64,000 bases of DNA from positions 2,696,094 to 2,760,093 of the forward strand of contig CP070742.1 of the NCBI GenBank assembly GCA_020348065.1, in the 5' to 3' direction. Source of the DNA: Candidatus Zixiibacteriota bacterium (GTDB lineage Bacteria; Zixibacteria; MSB-5A5; UBA10806). The notes beneath the pieces are model-generated. The model was not told where the DNA came from, searched no databases, and saw only the letters and a program-made list of their open reading frames with translations. Position 1 is the first letter of the stretch; every line of letters begins with the position of its first letter. Position numbers and translations under genes: made by a program. Below are positions 56,319-64,000 of this stretch, piece after piece.

Positions 56319-58072
56319 TGGGCTCCGACAGTCGGGCCGATTTCGCCGGTTAATATTTTATTCAAATCATATCTGCCCTTTAAAGCATCCATTACCAAAT
56401 CAACTTTGGACGGATCGGCGGCATGCGCAACGGCCAGCCTGCCGTCGGAAAGATCCCGCGGAAGAAGCGATAGAATCTTTTCGATAATCCTCTCCCGGTT
56501 GCGCGCTTTTGAAAGCGGCTGAACCTCTCCGTTCACCAGAGTCAGAATCGGTTTTAATCCCAGGATCTTTCCGAGAAATCCCCTGGCTTTTCCTACCCTT
56601 CCGCCCTTTATAAGATAATCGACGCTTTCAAGAGTGAAAAACAATTTCTGGCTTTTTTTCATTTCCGCGAGCTTCCCGGTTATCCGTTCAAGCGAATTCC
56701 CGTCTCTTGCCATCTCGGCCGCTATGATCGCCATCATACCCAATCCCAGAGATACAGTTCCGGAATCAAGCAAGGTTATTTTGCCGTCGAACTCTTCGGA
56801 CGCCTTCAACGCGGAATTATATGTGCCGGATAGATTGGCGGAAATATGTAAAGAGATAATCGTCTCCGCGTCACCCCGGCCGAAAACCTTTTTATAAGCA
56901 CCGGAGAAATCTTCGGGCGACGGCTGGGACGTTTTCGGGAAATCCTCAGACTCCGAAAGCAGTTTATAGAAATCCTTTCGATCCAGATCCATTCCATCTT
57001 TATACGAGTCAGCGCCGAAAATAATATTCAGCGGCACGATCTCAATATCGTAAAAATCGGCAATTTCTTTCGGCAGATCGCAGGTGGAATCGGTGACTAT
57101 TCTGACAGTTTTAGTGACGTTACGTTTTATTCCCGCGCGCCATCGCTGCATCAATCTGTTTTGCGATTTCATGTCATCGATTTTTTCATTTTCGATCGCG
57201 CCCAGTGATTGCGCGAGATCTTTTATTTTTCGCGGCGCATCGGTATGGATATGAATTCTCAGGTATTCGATTTCCCCCTTACCCGTGGACGCGACTATCA
57301 AAGAATCGCCAAGATTCTTGAGCCTGTTTTTCAATCCAGAGGTATCGAAATCAGAGCCTCTAACCAGAAATTCGGAACAATACCTGAACCGGGAATGCTT
57401 TTCTATCAGGCGGGGCAATTCCTGAATATCGGTCTTCACATCGATCTCTTTGGTAAGCTCCCCGGTTTTAATGAAATTATGAATCCCTTCAATGAAATGC
57501 ATAAATCCCTGGGCTCCGGCGTCCACCACGCCGGCGTCGGCCAGTACCTTAAGCTTTACTCTGGTTTCAGAAAGAGATATTCGGCCTCTCTCCATTGCCG
57601 ATTCGAGCAAGGTGTGGACGTTCATGAACTTTTCGCGGGCCTGCTGCAAGTGTTCCCCGATTTCCCGCAGCACGGTAAGGATCGTACCTTCTCTGGGCTC
57701 ACTCATAGCCCTGTATGCGGAGTCGGCTCCGGCGGAAAAAACGCCCGCGATATCGGGTATACGCAGCCGTTCCTTTTTGCCGATAAATTCCGCTATACCC
57801 TTAAAATATTGCGAGAGTATTACCCCGGAATTGCCCCGGGCGCCGCGCAATGAATGCAGTGCGATGGAGTCGGCAACATCCCGCAGGGAGTCGGTTTTGG
57901 ATGAATAGGCGCCCGCAACCGCAGCCTGCAGGGTCAAGGCCATATTGGTGCCGGTATCGCCATCGGCCACCGGGAAAACGTTGATGGCATTCAGCAATTC
58001 ACGATTTTTGTTAAGCCACAGGTATCCCGCTCTTATAGCTCTTTTCAAGCGGATACCGTCAAGATACTGCAT
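56276..58072 (-). CDS. fakA: DAK2-domain protein of the YloV/FakA family (fatty-acid kinase ATP-binding subunit-like) with a C-terminal DegV-type fatty-acid-binding domain
   Basis: 598 aa. The N-terminus has ...VFPVADGDTGTNM (Dak2). The middle has RFRYCSEFLV ... IHIHTD (YloV middle domain). The C-terminal about 290 aa have strong DegV motifs (IVTDSTCDLP; TSQPSP; SGTY; GGRVG). Confidence 0.65.
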   Translation of the reverse strand: MQYLDGIRLKRAIRAGYLWLNKNRELLNAINVFPVADGDTGTNMALTLQAAVAGAYSSKTDSLRDVADSIALHSLRGARGNSGVILSQYFKGIAEFIGKKERLRIPDIAGVFSAGADSAYRAMSEPREGTILTVLREIGEHLQQAREKFMNVHTLLESAMERGRISLSETRVKLKVLADAGVVDAGAQGFMHFIEGIHNFIKTGELTKEIDVKTDIQELPRLIEKHSRFRYCSEFLVRGSDFDTSGLKNRLKNLGDSLIVASTGKGEIEYLRIHIHTDAPRKIKDLAQSLGAIENEKIDDMKSQNRLMQRWRAGIKRNVTKTVRIVTDSTCDLPKEIADFYDIEIVPLNIIFGADSYKDGMDLDRKDFYKLLSESEDFPKTSQPSPEDFSGAYKKVFGRGDAETIISLHISANLSGTYNSALKASEEFDGKITLLDSGTVSLGLGMMAIIAAEMARDGNSLERITGKLAEMKKSQKLFFTLESVDYLIKGGRVGKARGFLGKILGLKPILTLVNGEVQPLSKARNRERIIEKILSLLPRDLSDGRLAVAHAADPSKVDLVMDALKGRYDLNKILTGEIGPTVGAHCGPGTWGLFFMKG

Positions 58073-58076
58073 TTAT

Positions 58077-58532
58077 TCAGACCTGTTCCTCTTTTTTTAC
58101 CACCCAGAGTTTTACCGCCGCAACAACATCCGATGCCAGTTTTATATCTATAGTATAAACGCCCAGAGCTTTCAATGGTTCTTCGAGCATTATTTTCCGC
58201 CGATCAATTTCGAAGCCCTGATCGGACAAAAGCCTGGCGACGGCGGCCGCGGTAACCGAGCCGAATACCTTATCCTCTTCGCCGGTATGAACTTCCGCGG
58301 TAAGCGAAAGCTTCTCAAGTTTGTCTCTTATTTTCTCAGCTTCCCTTTTTTTCTTTCTTTCGCGAAAGATCTTCTGAGTTTTTATCACATCAATAGACTT
58401 CAAATTACCTTTGGTGGCGGGAACGGCGAGATTTTTCGGCATAAGATAATTCCTCCCGTAACCGCCTGAAACCTCGACGATATCGCCGGCTACGCCCAGT
58501 TTTTCGATATCGTCTTTGAGAATCACTTTCAT
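58077..58532 (-). CDS. rplI: 50S ribosomal protein L9
   Basis: 151 aa, beginning MKVILKDDIEKLGVAGDIVEVSGGYGRNYLMP, the canonical L9. Confidence 0.92.
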   Translation of the reverse strand: MKVILKDDIEKLGVAGDIVEVSGGYGRNYLMPKNLAVPATKGNLKSIDVIKTQKIFRERKKKREAEKIRDKLEKLSLTAEVHTGEEDKVFGSVTAAAVARLLSDQGFEIDRRKIMLEEPLKALGVYTIDIKLASDVVAAVKLWVVKKEEQV

Positions 58533-58551
58533 TTTTTACCTCTATCTTTTT

Positions 58552-59604
58552 TCATTCTTTATTTTCGAAATCCTCAATTTCCCTTTTAAAATTAAATTTC
58601 GTATCCGAAAGACCAAGAATCGCCAGGAAAGTCATAGATATCGGACCCGCCAAAATCAGGATAACATAGAAAATTACCTTGATGGGAACGGGCAAAATAA
58701 TCCTTTTAAAAAACGCTTCAACGATCGCCAATCCGACCACCACATAGACATGCCCGGTAACTATCAGTATGTTAAGCCCGACATAAAACCAGAGCTCCTG
58801 CATCCTGAAAACCACCGGAATCAATCCCAGAACCGTCGGCAGAAGCCACCAGCCGCTCGCTTTCCAGTGATGAAAAGGTTGAAATCGCGGAATTATTACG
58901 CCCATTTTAGTGGCGATATATCCGGCTATAGCCAGACTGAAAACCGCGGTACCCAGAAGCGTTATAAAAAGGAATCCGGGAGCGATTTTCAAGGTCGCTT
59001 CAAGAAATTCGGTTGAATCCTTTAAGAACGACATAATACCTTCTTCTCCAGCACCATAATTTGACTCTATAAATCTCAGAAGAATTTCTTTAAAGAATAC
59101 AGGAACCGAATTCATGACTTCGTCAAAATTAGCCGCCGAATAATTAATTAAACTCGGGAGATTGCGCATCCATTCGATATAGGAGTAAGCAAAAAGCAGA
59201 AATAGAATCCCGAACGGTATTAGGCCATAGCATACTACTGAAATCGGTTTGTAAAGGTTTCTCGATGCCCATCCCATTATAAATGCCGGTGCAACCACGA
59301 TAAGGGCGTAGAACGAACCATAGTAAAGGCCTTCCAGATATCCAGTTGTCAAAGAACTTGTCCCTAATGCCAGGATAAAGCCGACGGAAGCCATTGAAAG
59401 TCCTCTGGCGTATCCTAAACGGGTCACTATCAATATCAAGCCTACGATTCCGGCAAAGGCGGCAATTGAATTAATCGCCGGTGCGAGCCAGAACAGCCCG
59501 GAAACGGCAACAACCGCGCCTCCCAGAACCGAAAGCCTATTTTCTGCCGATCGCATCCTCCCGGTTTTAGATATCGGGTTCGACGATAAACGGAAGCAAT
59601 GCAA
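58552..59604 (-). CDS. YybS-like polytopic membrane protein (DUF2232)
   Basis: 350 aa with about 9-10 TM helices. It sits between rpsR and rplI, as yybS does in Firmicutes. Confidence 0.45.
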   Translation of the reverse strand: MHCFRLSSNPISKTGRMRSAENRLSVLGGAVVAVSGLFWLAPAINSIAAFAGIVGLILIVTRLGYARGLSMASVGFILALGTSSLTTGYLEGLYYGSFYALIVVAPAFIMGWASRNLYKPISVVCYGLIPFGILFLLFAYSYIEWMRNLPSLINYSAANFDEVMNSVPVFFKEILLRFIESNYGAGEEGIMSFLKDSTEFLEATLKIAPGFLFITLLGTAVFSLAIAGYIATKMGVIIPRFQPFHHWKASGWWLLPTVLGLIPVVFRMQELWFYVGLNILIVTGHVYVVVGLAIVEAFFKRIILPVPIKVIFYVILILAGPISMTFLAILGLSDTKFNFKREIEDFENKE

Positions 59605-59791
59605 GAACTCTTCCGCGTTTAATAGCCTGTGTCAGCTGCCTTTGATGTTTTGCGCAGACGCCGGTCACCCGCCTCGGAATAATCTTGCCCCGTTCCGAAA
59701 GATATTTCCTCAACATACGATCATCCTTGTAATCGATAATACTGATCTTCTGATCGCAGAAACGGCAAATTTTTCTTTTACGTCTTTCCAT
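59567..59791 (-). CDS. rpsR: 30S ribosomal protein S18
   Basis: 74 aa with the CRFC..K....DYKD and RVTG...K.QR motifs. Confidence 0.92.
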   Translation of the reverse strand: MERRKRKICRFCDQKISIIDYKDDRMLRKYLSERGKIIPRRVTGVCAKHQRQLTQAIKRGRVLALLPFIVEPDI

Positions 59792-59805
59792 CTATTCTCC
59801 GTAAT

Positions 59806-60222
59806 TTAATTGTATTTTTCAACATTTCCGCCATATTCATCATCGCCGAATTCATCGGCATCTTCATCGGGTTCTCCTGTTTTACCCAGAAACTGAATAT
59901 GATGTGCTTTTATTTCTATGACATTTCTTTTCTTGCCGTCCCCGGCTTCCAGGGACCGGGAGCGCAGTTCACCCTCTACATAGACAGCGCTTCCTTTTTG
60001 GAGTTTCGCGGCGCAGGATTCAGCGAGTTTCTCCCAGGCCACAACGCCCACATAGCAGACATCCTCCCGCAACTCCCCGGAGTTATCCCTGAACCTCCTG
60101 TTGGCGGCGATCCTGAAATTGGACACAGATATTCCGGTCGAAGTCGATCTCAACTCCGGGGCCCCGGTTAGATTGCCCACGATCATCACCCGGTTAAGGT
60201 TAGGAAGCCTGGTTGAAAGCAT
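59806..60222 (-). CDS. ssb: Single-stranded DNA-binding protein
   Basis: 138 aa. It has an OB fold (NRVMIVGNLTGAPELR...YVEGELRSRS) and an acidic C-terminus that lacks the canonical DDDIPF tip. Confidence 0.85.
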   Translation of the reverse strand: MLSTRLPNLNRVMIVGNLTGAPELRSTSTGISVSNFRIAANRRFRDNSGELREDVCYVGVVAWEKLAESCAAKLQKGSAVYVEGELRSRSLEAGDGKKRNVIEIKAHHIQFLGKTGEPDEDADEFGDDEYGGNVEKYN

Positions 60223-60225
60223 GGT

Positions 60226-60576
60226 TTATTCCTCGACCGGCGTCGGCTCTTCCGATGGAATTTCGGTTTTTTTCTTCTCCTTCGGCGGAGAGATAACCGC
60301 CTGAACCGTAAGATAACGAAGTATGTTTTCGTTAATCCTCAAAGCCCTTTCAATCTCGGAAACAAGCTTCGCAGGTCCTTCATAAAGGAAATGCGCATAA
60401 AAGCCCTGATTGAATCCCTTGATCAGATAGGTGAGCCTTCTGACTCCCCAGCGTTCGAGTTTGTGGATTTTTCCTTCGGCCGATGTGATCTGATTTTCGA
60501 TTTTCTCGATTTCCGCCTGAACGGCGGATTCTTCCAGAGAAGAATTAATAATAATGGTCAGCTCGTAAAGCTTCAT
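60226..60576 (-). CDS. rpsF: 30S ribosomal protein S6
   Basis: 116 aa, beginning MKLYELTIIIN..., with ...WGVRRLTY.I. Confidence 0.9.
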   Translation of the reverse strand: MKLYELTIIINSSLEESAVQAEIEKIENQITSAEGKIHKLERWGVRRLTYLIKGFNQGFYAHFLYEGPAKLVSEIERALRINENILRYLTVQAVISPPKEKKKTEIPSEEPTPVEE

Positions 60577-60651
60577 TAAACCTCCCTTCGGACATTAAGA
60601 CCTCGCGCAGACATCACAAATAAGCGCCGAGGTAGGGTAACAATATTTTTT

Positions 60652-61281
60652 TCAGTTTTCTTCGACGGCCTGGTTATAAATCGCCGCCGCTTTTTCGTAT
60701 CCTTCCAGAAGCCACGATTTCACCGCCTGAACTGCTCGCTTCAGCATCGCTTCGGCGATTTCGATCTCGCTTCCCTCAAAATATTCCAGGACAAAATCAT
60801 CTGCCACGATACCTTCAGGGACCGGCCCGATTCCCAGCCTTATCCGCGGGAACTCTTCGGTGCCGAGATGATAAATCACAGATGCCAGCCCGTTGTGACC
60901 GCCGTCGGAACCGCTTTGCCTGAGCCTGATCCGTCCCAGGGGAAGATTAAAATCGTCTGCGACTACAAGAACCTCCCGGGGCAAAAGCGACTCGAATTCA
61001 AGGAAGCTCCTTACCGCTTTTCCCGAGCGGTTCATGTAAGTGGTCGGTTTTAAAAGAGCAATCTTTACGGATGATATCGAAGTTTCGCATATACCGTAGT
61101 CCCCCCTTCCGGGAACGAACTCCGATTCTCCTTTCAACAAATTAACAACCTCGAAACCAAGATTGTGCCGGGTACGGTAATATTTTTCGCCCGTGTTGCC
61201 CAAACCGACAATAGCCCTGATCCGGACCGGACGACCGTCCTCCATGACCGAAGATAATAAGCTTTCTTGACATTTTGTCAA
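60652..61281 (-). CDS. pth: Peptidyl-tRNA hydrolase
   Basis: It has GLGNTGEKYYRTRHNLGF and the catalytic His context. The likely true start is the internal Met at about 61245 (MEDGRPVRIRAIVGLGN). Confidence 0.85.
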   Translation of the reverse strand: MTKCQESLLSSVMEDGRPVRIRAIVGLGNTGEKYYRTRHNLGFEVVNLLKGESEFVPGRGDYGICETSISSVKIALLKPTTYMNRSGKAVRSFLEFESLLPREVLVVADDFNLPLGRIRLRQSGSDGGHNGLASVIYHLGTEEFPRIRLGIGPVPEGIVADDFVLEYFEGSEIEIAEAMLKRAVQAVKSWLLEGYEKAAAIYNQAVEEN

Positions 61282-61335
61282 GGGATTTGTGGATTGGCCA
61301 TATCTATGGAGCGATATTGATTACGAAAACGCCTG

Positions 61336-62676
61336 TTATTTGTTCTCTTTTAAATCTATCCCCAATGCCTTCATCTTTTTATACAGGTGACTTCGTTCCA
61401 GCCCGAGAATATCGGCGGCCCGGGTCATATTTCCGCCCGCCTGGGAGATAGATTTTTTAATATACTCTCTCTCAAACTGTTCGCAGGCGGTCTTTAACGT
61501 TCCCGTCGGTGCCTTCTCGACAAGATGGGGCATATACATTTCGATATCTTTTGCGCTGATCGTCTCGCCGGGAGCCATAATAACCACTCGCTCCACATAG
61601 TTGGCTAATTCCCGAATATTACCGGGGTATGAATAATTTGAGAAAAGTTTCAAAGCCCCGCCTTCGAATTTTTTCGGAGGCCGCCCCCGTTTTTTGCAAA
61701 ATCTATCCGAAAAATGCTGAACCAGAAGCGGGATATCCTCCCGTCTTTCCCGAAGCGGCGGTATCTCGATCGGTAAAACCGCCAATCGATAAAATAAATC
61801 TTCCCGGAATTTCCCATCGGAAATCTGATTTTTCAAATTCTTGTTGGTAGCCGAGATTATCCTTACGTCGGTTCTGATTTCAGCCGTACCTCCCAGTCGC
61901 GTGATCACCCCCTCCTCCACCGCTCTTAGAAGCTTCGCCTGCGTCTTTTCAGACATTTCCCCGATCTCATCAAGAAAAAGCGTCCCGCCGCCAGCCATCT
62001 CGAATCTTCCCGGTTTTGACTTTACCGCTCCCGTAAAAGCCCCTTTTTCATATCCAAAAAGCTCCGATTCGATGAGATCATCAGGCAGCGCGGCGCAGTT
62101 GACCGCCACAAAGGGCCGGTCTTTACGAGGAGATGAGTCATGAATTAGCCGGGCTATCAGTTCTTTCCCGGTACCGTTTTCGCCGGTAATCAGCACTCGC
62201 GATTCTTCAGGAGCAATCTGCGAACTCTTTGTCTTCAAATCAGCTATGGCTTTTGACTGACCCACCAGTCGGCCGTCTTCGCCCAATCTCCGGCGAAGAT
62301 CGTCCCGCTCGTTTTCTATGGATTTAAGCCGCCCGATATTGGCTAATAAAACCTCTATTTTGTCCAATGACAAAGGCTTTTCCAGAAAATCATAAGCCCC
62401 CCGCTTCACCGCCGATACAGCCGTTTCGATCTCCGCATGGCCCGATATCATCACGCACTCTATTTCGGCGAATCTCTCTTTTATCAGCTTCAAAAGCTGT
62501 ATGCCGTCTTTTTCGCCCAACCAGACATCCAGAAACGCGACATCGATGCCGTCGTGCAACAGATTTTCAGCTTCCGAATAGGAACTGGCGGTCAGGATAT
62601 CGTGCCCGGACCTTTTCAGGGCGGATCCCAGGGAGGCTAGAATATTCGGTTCGTCATCTACGATAAGTATTTTCAA
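61336..62676 (-). CDS. Sigma-54-dependent two-component response regulator (NtrC family: REC plus AAA+ plus Fis-HTH)
   Basis: 446 aa. It has a REC domain (DDEPN...D), Walker A (GENGTGKE), GAFTGA, and a C-terminal HTH. Confidence 0.85.
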   Translation of the reverse strand: MKILIVDDEPNILASLGSALKRSGHDILTASSYSEAENLLHDGIDVAFLDVWLGEKDGIQLLKLIKERFAEIECVMISGHAEIETAVSAVKRGAYDFLEKPLSLDKIEVLLANIGRLKSIENERDDLRRRLGEDGRLVGQSKAIADLKTKSSQIAPEESRVLITGENGTGKELIARLIHDSSPRKDRPFVAVNCAALPDDLIESELFGYEKGAFTGAVKSKPGRFEMAGGGTLFLDEIGEMSEKTQAKLLRAVEEGVITRLGGTAEIRTDVRIISATNKNLKNQISDGKFREDLFYRLAVLPIEIPPLRERREDIPLLVQHFSDRFCKKRGRPPKKFEGGALKLFSNYSYPGNIRELANYVERVVIMAPGETISAKDIEMYMPHLVEKAPTGTLKTACEQFEREYIKKSISQAGGNMTRAADILGLERSHLYKKMKALGIDLKENK

Positions 62677-62692
62677 TTCGATCCTCTCACTT

Positions 62693-64000
62693 TTATCTTT
62701 TTAACGGAAAATCGATGATTACGGCCGTTCCCCCCTCCATCGAGTCAATGACCCTGATGCCGCCGTCATGTTCGGTCACGATTTTTTTCACAATCACCAG
62801 GCCCAGACCGGAACCGCCGGGCTTCGTCGTAAAATATGGCGTAAAAAGATTTTTCCTGGCCGATTCTGTCAGGCCGTGTCCGTTATCGGCTACAATAACC
62901 GTCGCCTTTCTCTCCGAATAGACGGTCCTTACTGTTACCCGCCCTCCCGGCGGGACCGCCTCCAGACCGTTTTTGATAACATTCATCAAGGCCCTTTTTA
63001 CCTGATCTCTGTCTGCATATACCGGCAGCGGTTTTGAGGATAGATCGGTTTTCAGGCTGCCGCTTTCGATTTCCCGGGGATAGATCGAAACAGCGGATAA
63101 AACAATTTCGTTCAGGTCGTCATTGTCGGGTTTGGGAGCGGGGAAACGGGCGAACTCTGAAAATTCGTCCACTATTTTCGTGAGCGCAGTGACCTCATCC
63201 AGGACCGTTCTGGTAGAATTTTCAAAATCGGAATCGAATTGCCGACCTGATTCCGAATATGATCTTCTCAAATCCTCAATGGCGATTCTTATGGGAGTCA
63301 GGGGATTTTTTATTTCGTGAGCCACTTTTCGTGCCATCATGGTAAACGCCGACAGCCTTTCGGTTTCGACAAGCTTATTGCGGTAAGCCTGGAGATCCGA
63401 TGCCATCTCATTAAATGTATCAGTAAGATTGCCCAGTTCCCCTCTACCTCCATAATCGATCCTTGCCGAAAAATCTCCGCTGGCGAGTCTGTCCGACGCT
63501 TTGATGAGTTTGTAGATGGGATTTGTAAGACGCGATGAGAAGATATATCCGAATATTATGGCCAGCAGCAACCCGCCAAGAGCGAAGCCCCCGTAAATCT
63601 TCTGCATGTTATCGAAAAGAACGTCGAGATCCTGAGTCGATACTCCCATAAGCAGGTCGGCGACTTTCTCGCCCGAAAAATCCAGGAGAGGATACCGTGA
63701 AAACGTGTATGTCAAACCCTCGATTTTTGTTCTGTACCTTTGTTTTTCCTGAAGATACAATAGAAGTTCTTCGGTCCGGCCGGGAATAGTCTTGGCCAGC
63801 AGATCGTTACCTTCCACAAGAAGAATCTCCGCGCCGGAAAGAAGCTGTAAATCGCGGCAGAAGCTATTATCAAGAAACTCGCCGCCGGCGATCGCCCCTA
63901 CAAGCTCTCTATTTTCGTACCAGATCGGAGCGAGTCCCATCGACGTTAGATACTCTTCGCCCGCGTAGGTCGCCTTATTCAAAGATTGAACTCTACGCCC
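62693..64000 (-). CDS. Sensor histidine kinase (HisKA plus HATPase_c). Partial: the N-terminus lies beyond the window end.
   Basis: It has the H-box HEIKNPLTPI and the G-boxes DNGHGL / GGSGLGL. The reading frame stays open upstream of the ORF-track start (a TTG at 63982) to the window edge. One TM helix is visible (GGFALGGLLLAIIFGYIF). Confidence 0.8.
   Translation of the reverse strand, partial: GRRVQSLNKATYAGEEYLTSMGLAPIWYENRELVGAIAGGEFLDNSFCRDLQLLSGAEILLVEGNDLLAKTIPGRTEELLLYLQEKQRYRTKIEGLTYTFSRYPLLDFSGEKVADLLMGVSTQDLDVLFDNMQKIYGGFALGGLLLAIIFGYIFSSRLTNPIYKLIKASDRLASGDFSARIDYGGRGELGNLTDTFNEMASDLQAYRNKLVETERLSAFTMMARKVAHEIKNPLTPIRIAIEDLRRSYSESGRQFDSDFENSTRTVLDEVTALTKIVDEFSEFARFPAPKPDNDDLNEIVLSAVSIYPREIESGSLKTDLSSKPLPVYADRDQVKRALMNVIKNGLEAVPPGGRVTVRTVYSERKATVIVADNGHGLTESARKNLFTPYFTTKPGGSGLGLVIVKKIVTEHDGGIRVIDSMEGGTAVIIDFPLKR

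Noticed and set aside
1-64000. A search for CRISPR arrays, tRNA/rRNA genes, and transposase/integrase or phage genes
   Set aside because: There are no regularly spaced direct repeats, no cloverleaf-sized conserved structures in the few intergenic gaps longer than 150 bp, and no recombinase-like ORFs. The window looks like core chromosome plus a mild accessory patch.

Overview
The window is 64 kb of a bacterial chromosome with GC of roughly 45%. About 55 of 58 called genes lie on the minus strand, many with 1-4 nt start/stop overlaps, so they read as long polycistronic units.

Three secreted proteins carry a C-terminal T9SS type-A sorting domain (consensus [QEL]N[YH]PNPFN ... RL; example VYYYRL). 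This places the organism in the FCB group (Bacteroidota / Fibrobacterota / a related candidate phylum). There is no CRISPR array, no transposase or integrase, and no rRNA or tRNA gene.

Gene content by region:
- Envelope and division block (1-23 kb): polA (partial), nadD, bamD-like, an SLT lytic transglycosylase, rimO, a lolA-like gene, ftsK, a 2473-aa secreted protein (TolB-like propeller, more than 1500 residues of TPR, CHAT-like C-terminus), a lipoprotein, an AsmA/TamB/YdbH-like protein, hup, and an lptD-like gene.
- T9SS cargo island (23-33 kb): a beta-propeller protein, FetAB-like ABC exporter, an S8 subtilisin, and a small cargo protein.
- Co-oriented TCA supercluster (33-45 kb): icd, two LiaF-like membrane paralogs, leuD/leuC-type aconitase-family hydratase, mdh, a LarA-family nickel-pincer racemase, ndk, korCBAD (2-oxoglutarate:ferredoxin oxidoreductase), sucD, sucC.
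- cca, carbamate kinase, a P-loop cPGS-like protein, an aldehyde dehydrogenase.
- An operon with a LarE-like sulfur transferase, a TPR plus PBP1 protein, a gamma carbonic anhydrase, a BFN nuclease and a FakA-like protein.
- rplI, a yybS-like gene, rpsR, ssb, rpsF, pth.
- A sigma54 response regulator and a partial histidine kinase.

Most notable observations:
1. Histone-H1-like lysine-rich (KKAAKK)n C-terminal tails are fused to LeuC-type hydratase, SucD and a P-loop protein. A standalone K-rich protein with a Cys-rich C-terminus is also present. The matching AAG/GCC-rich DNA repeats occur at four loci.
2. A LarA-family racemase is translationally coupled to malate dehydrogenase inside the TCA cluster.
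3. The 2473-aa secreted TolB-TPR-CHAT protein sits in an envelope-biogenesis operon.
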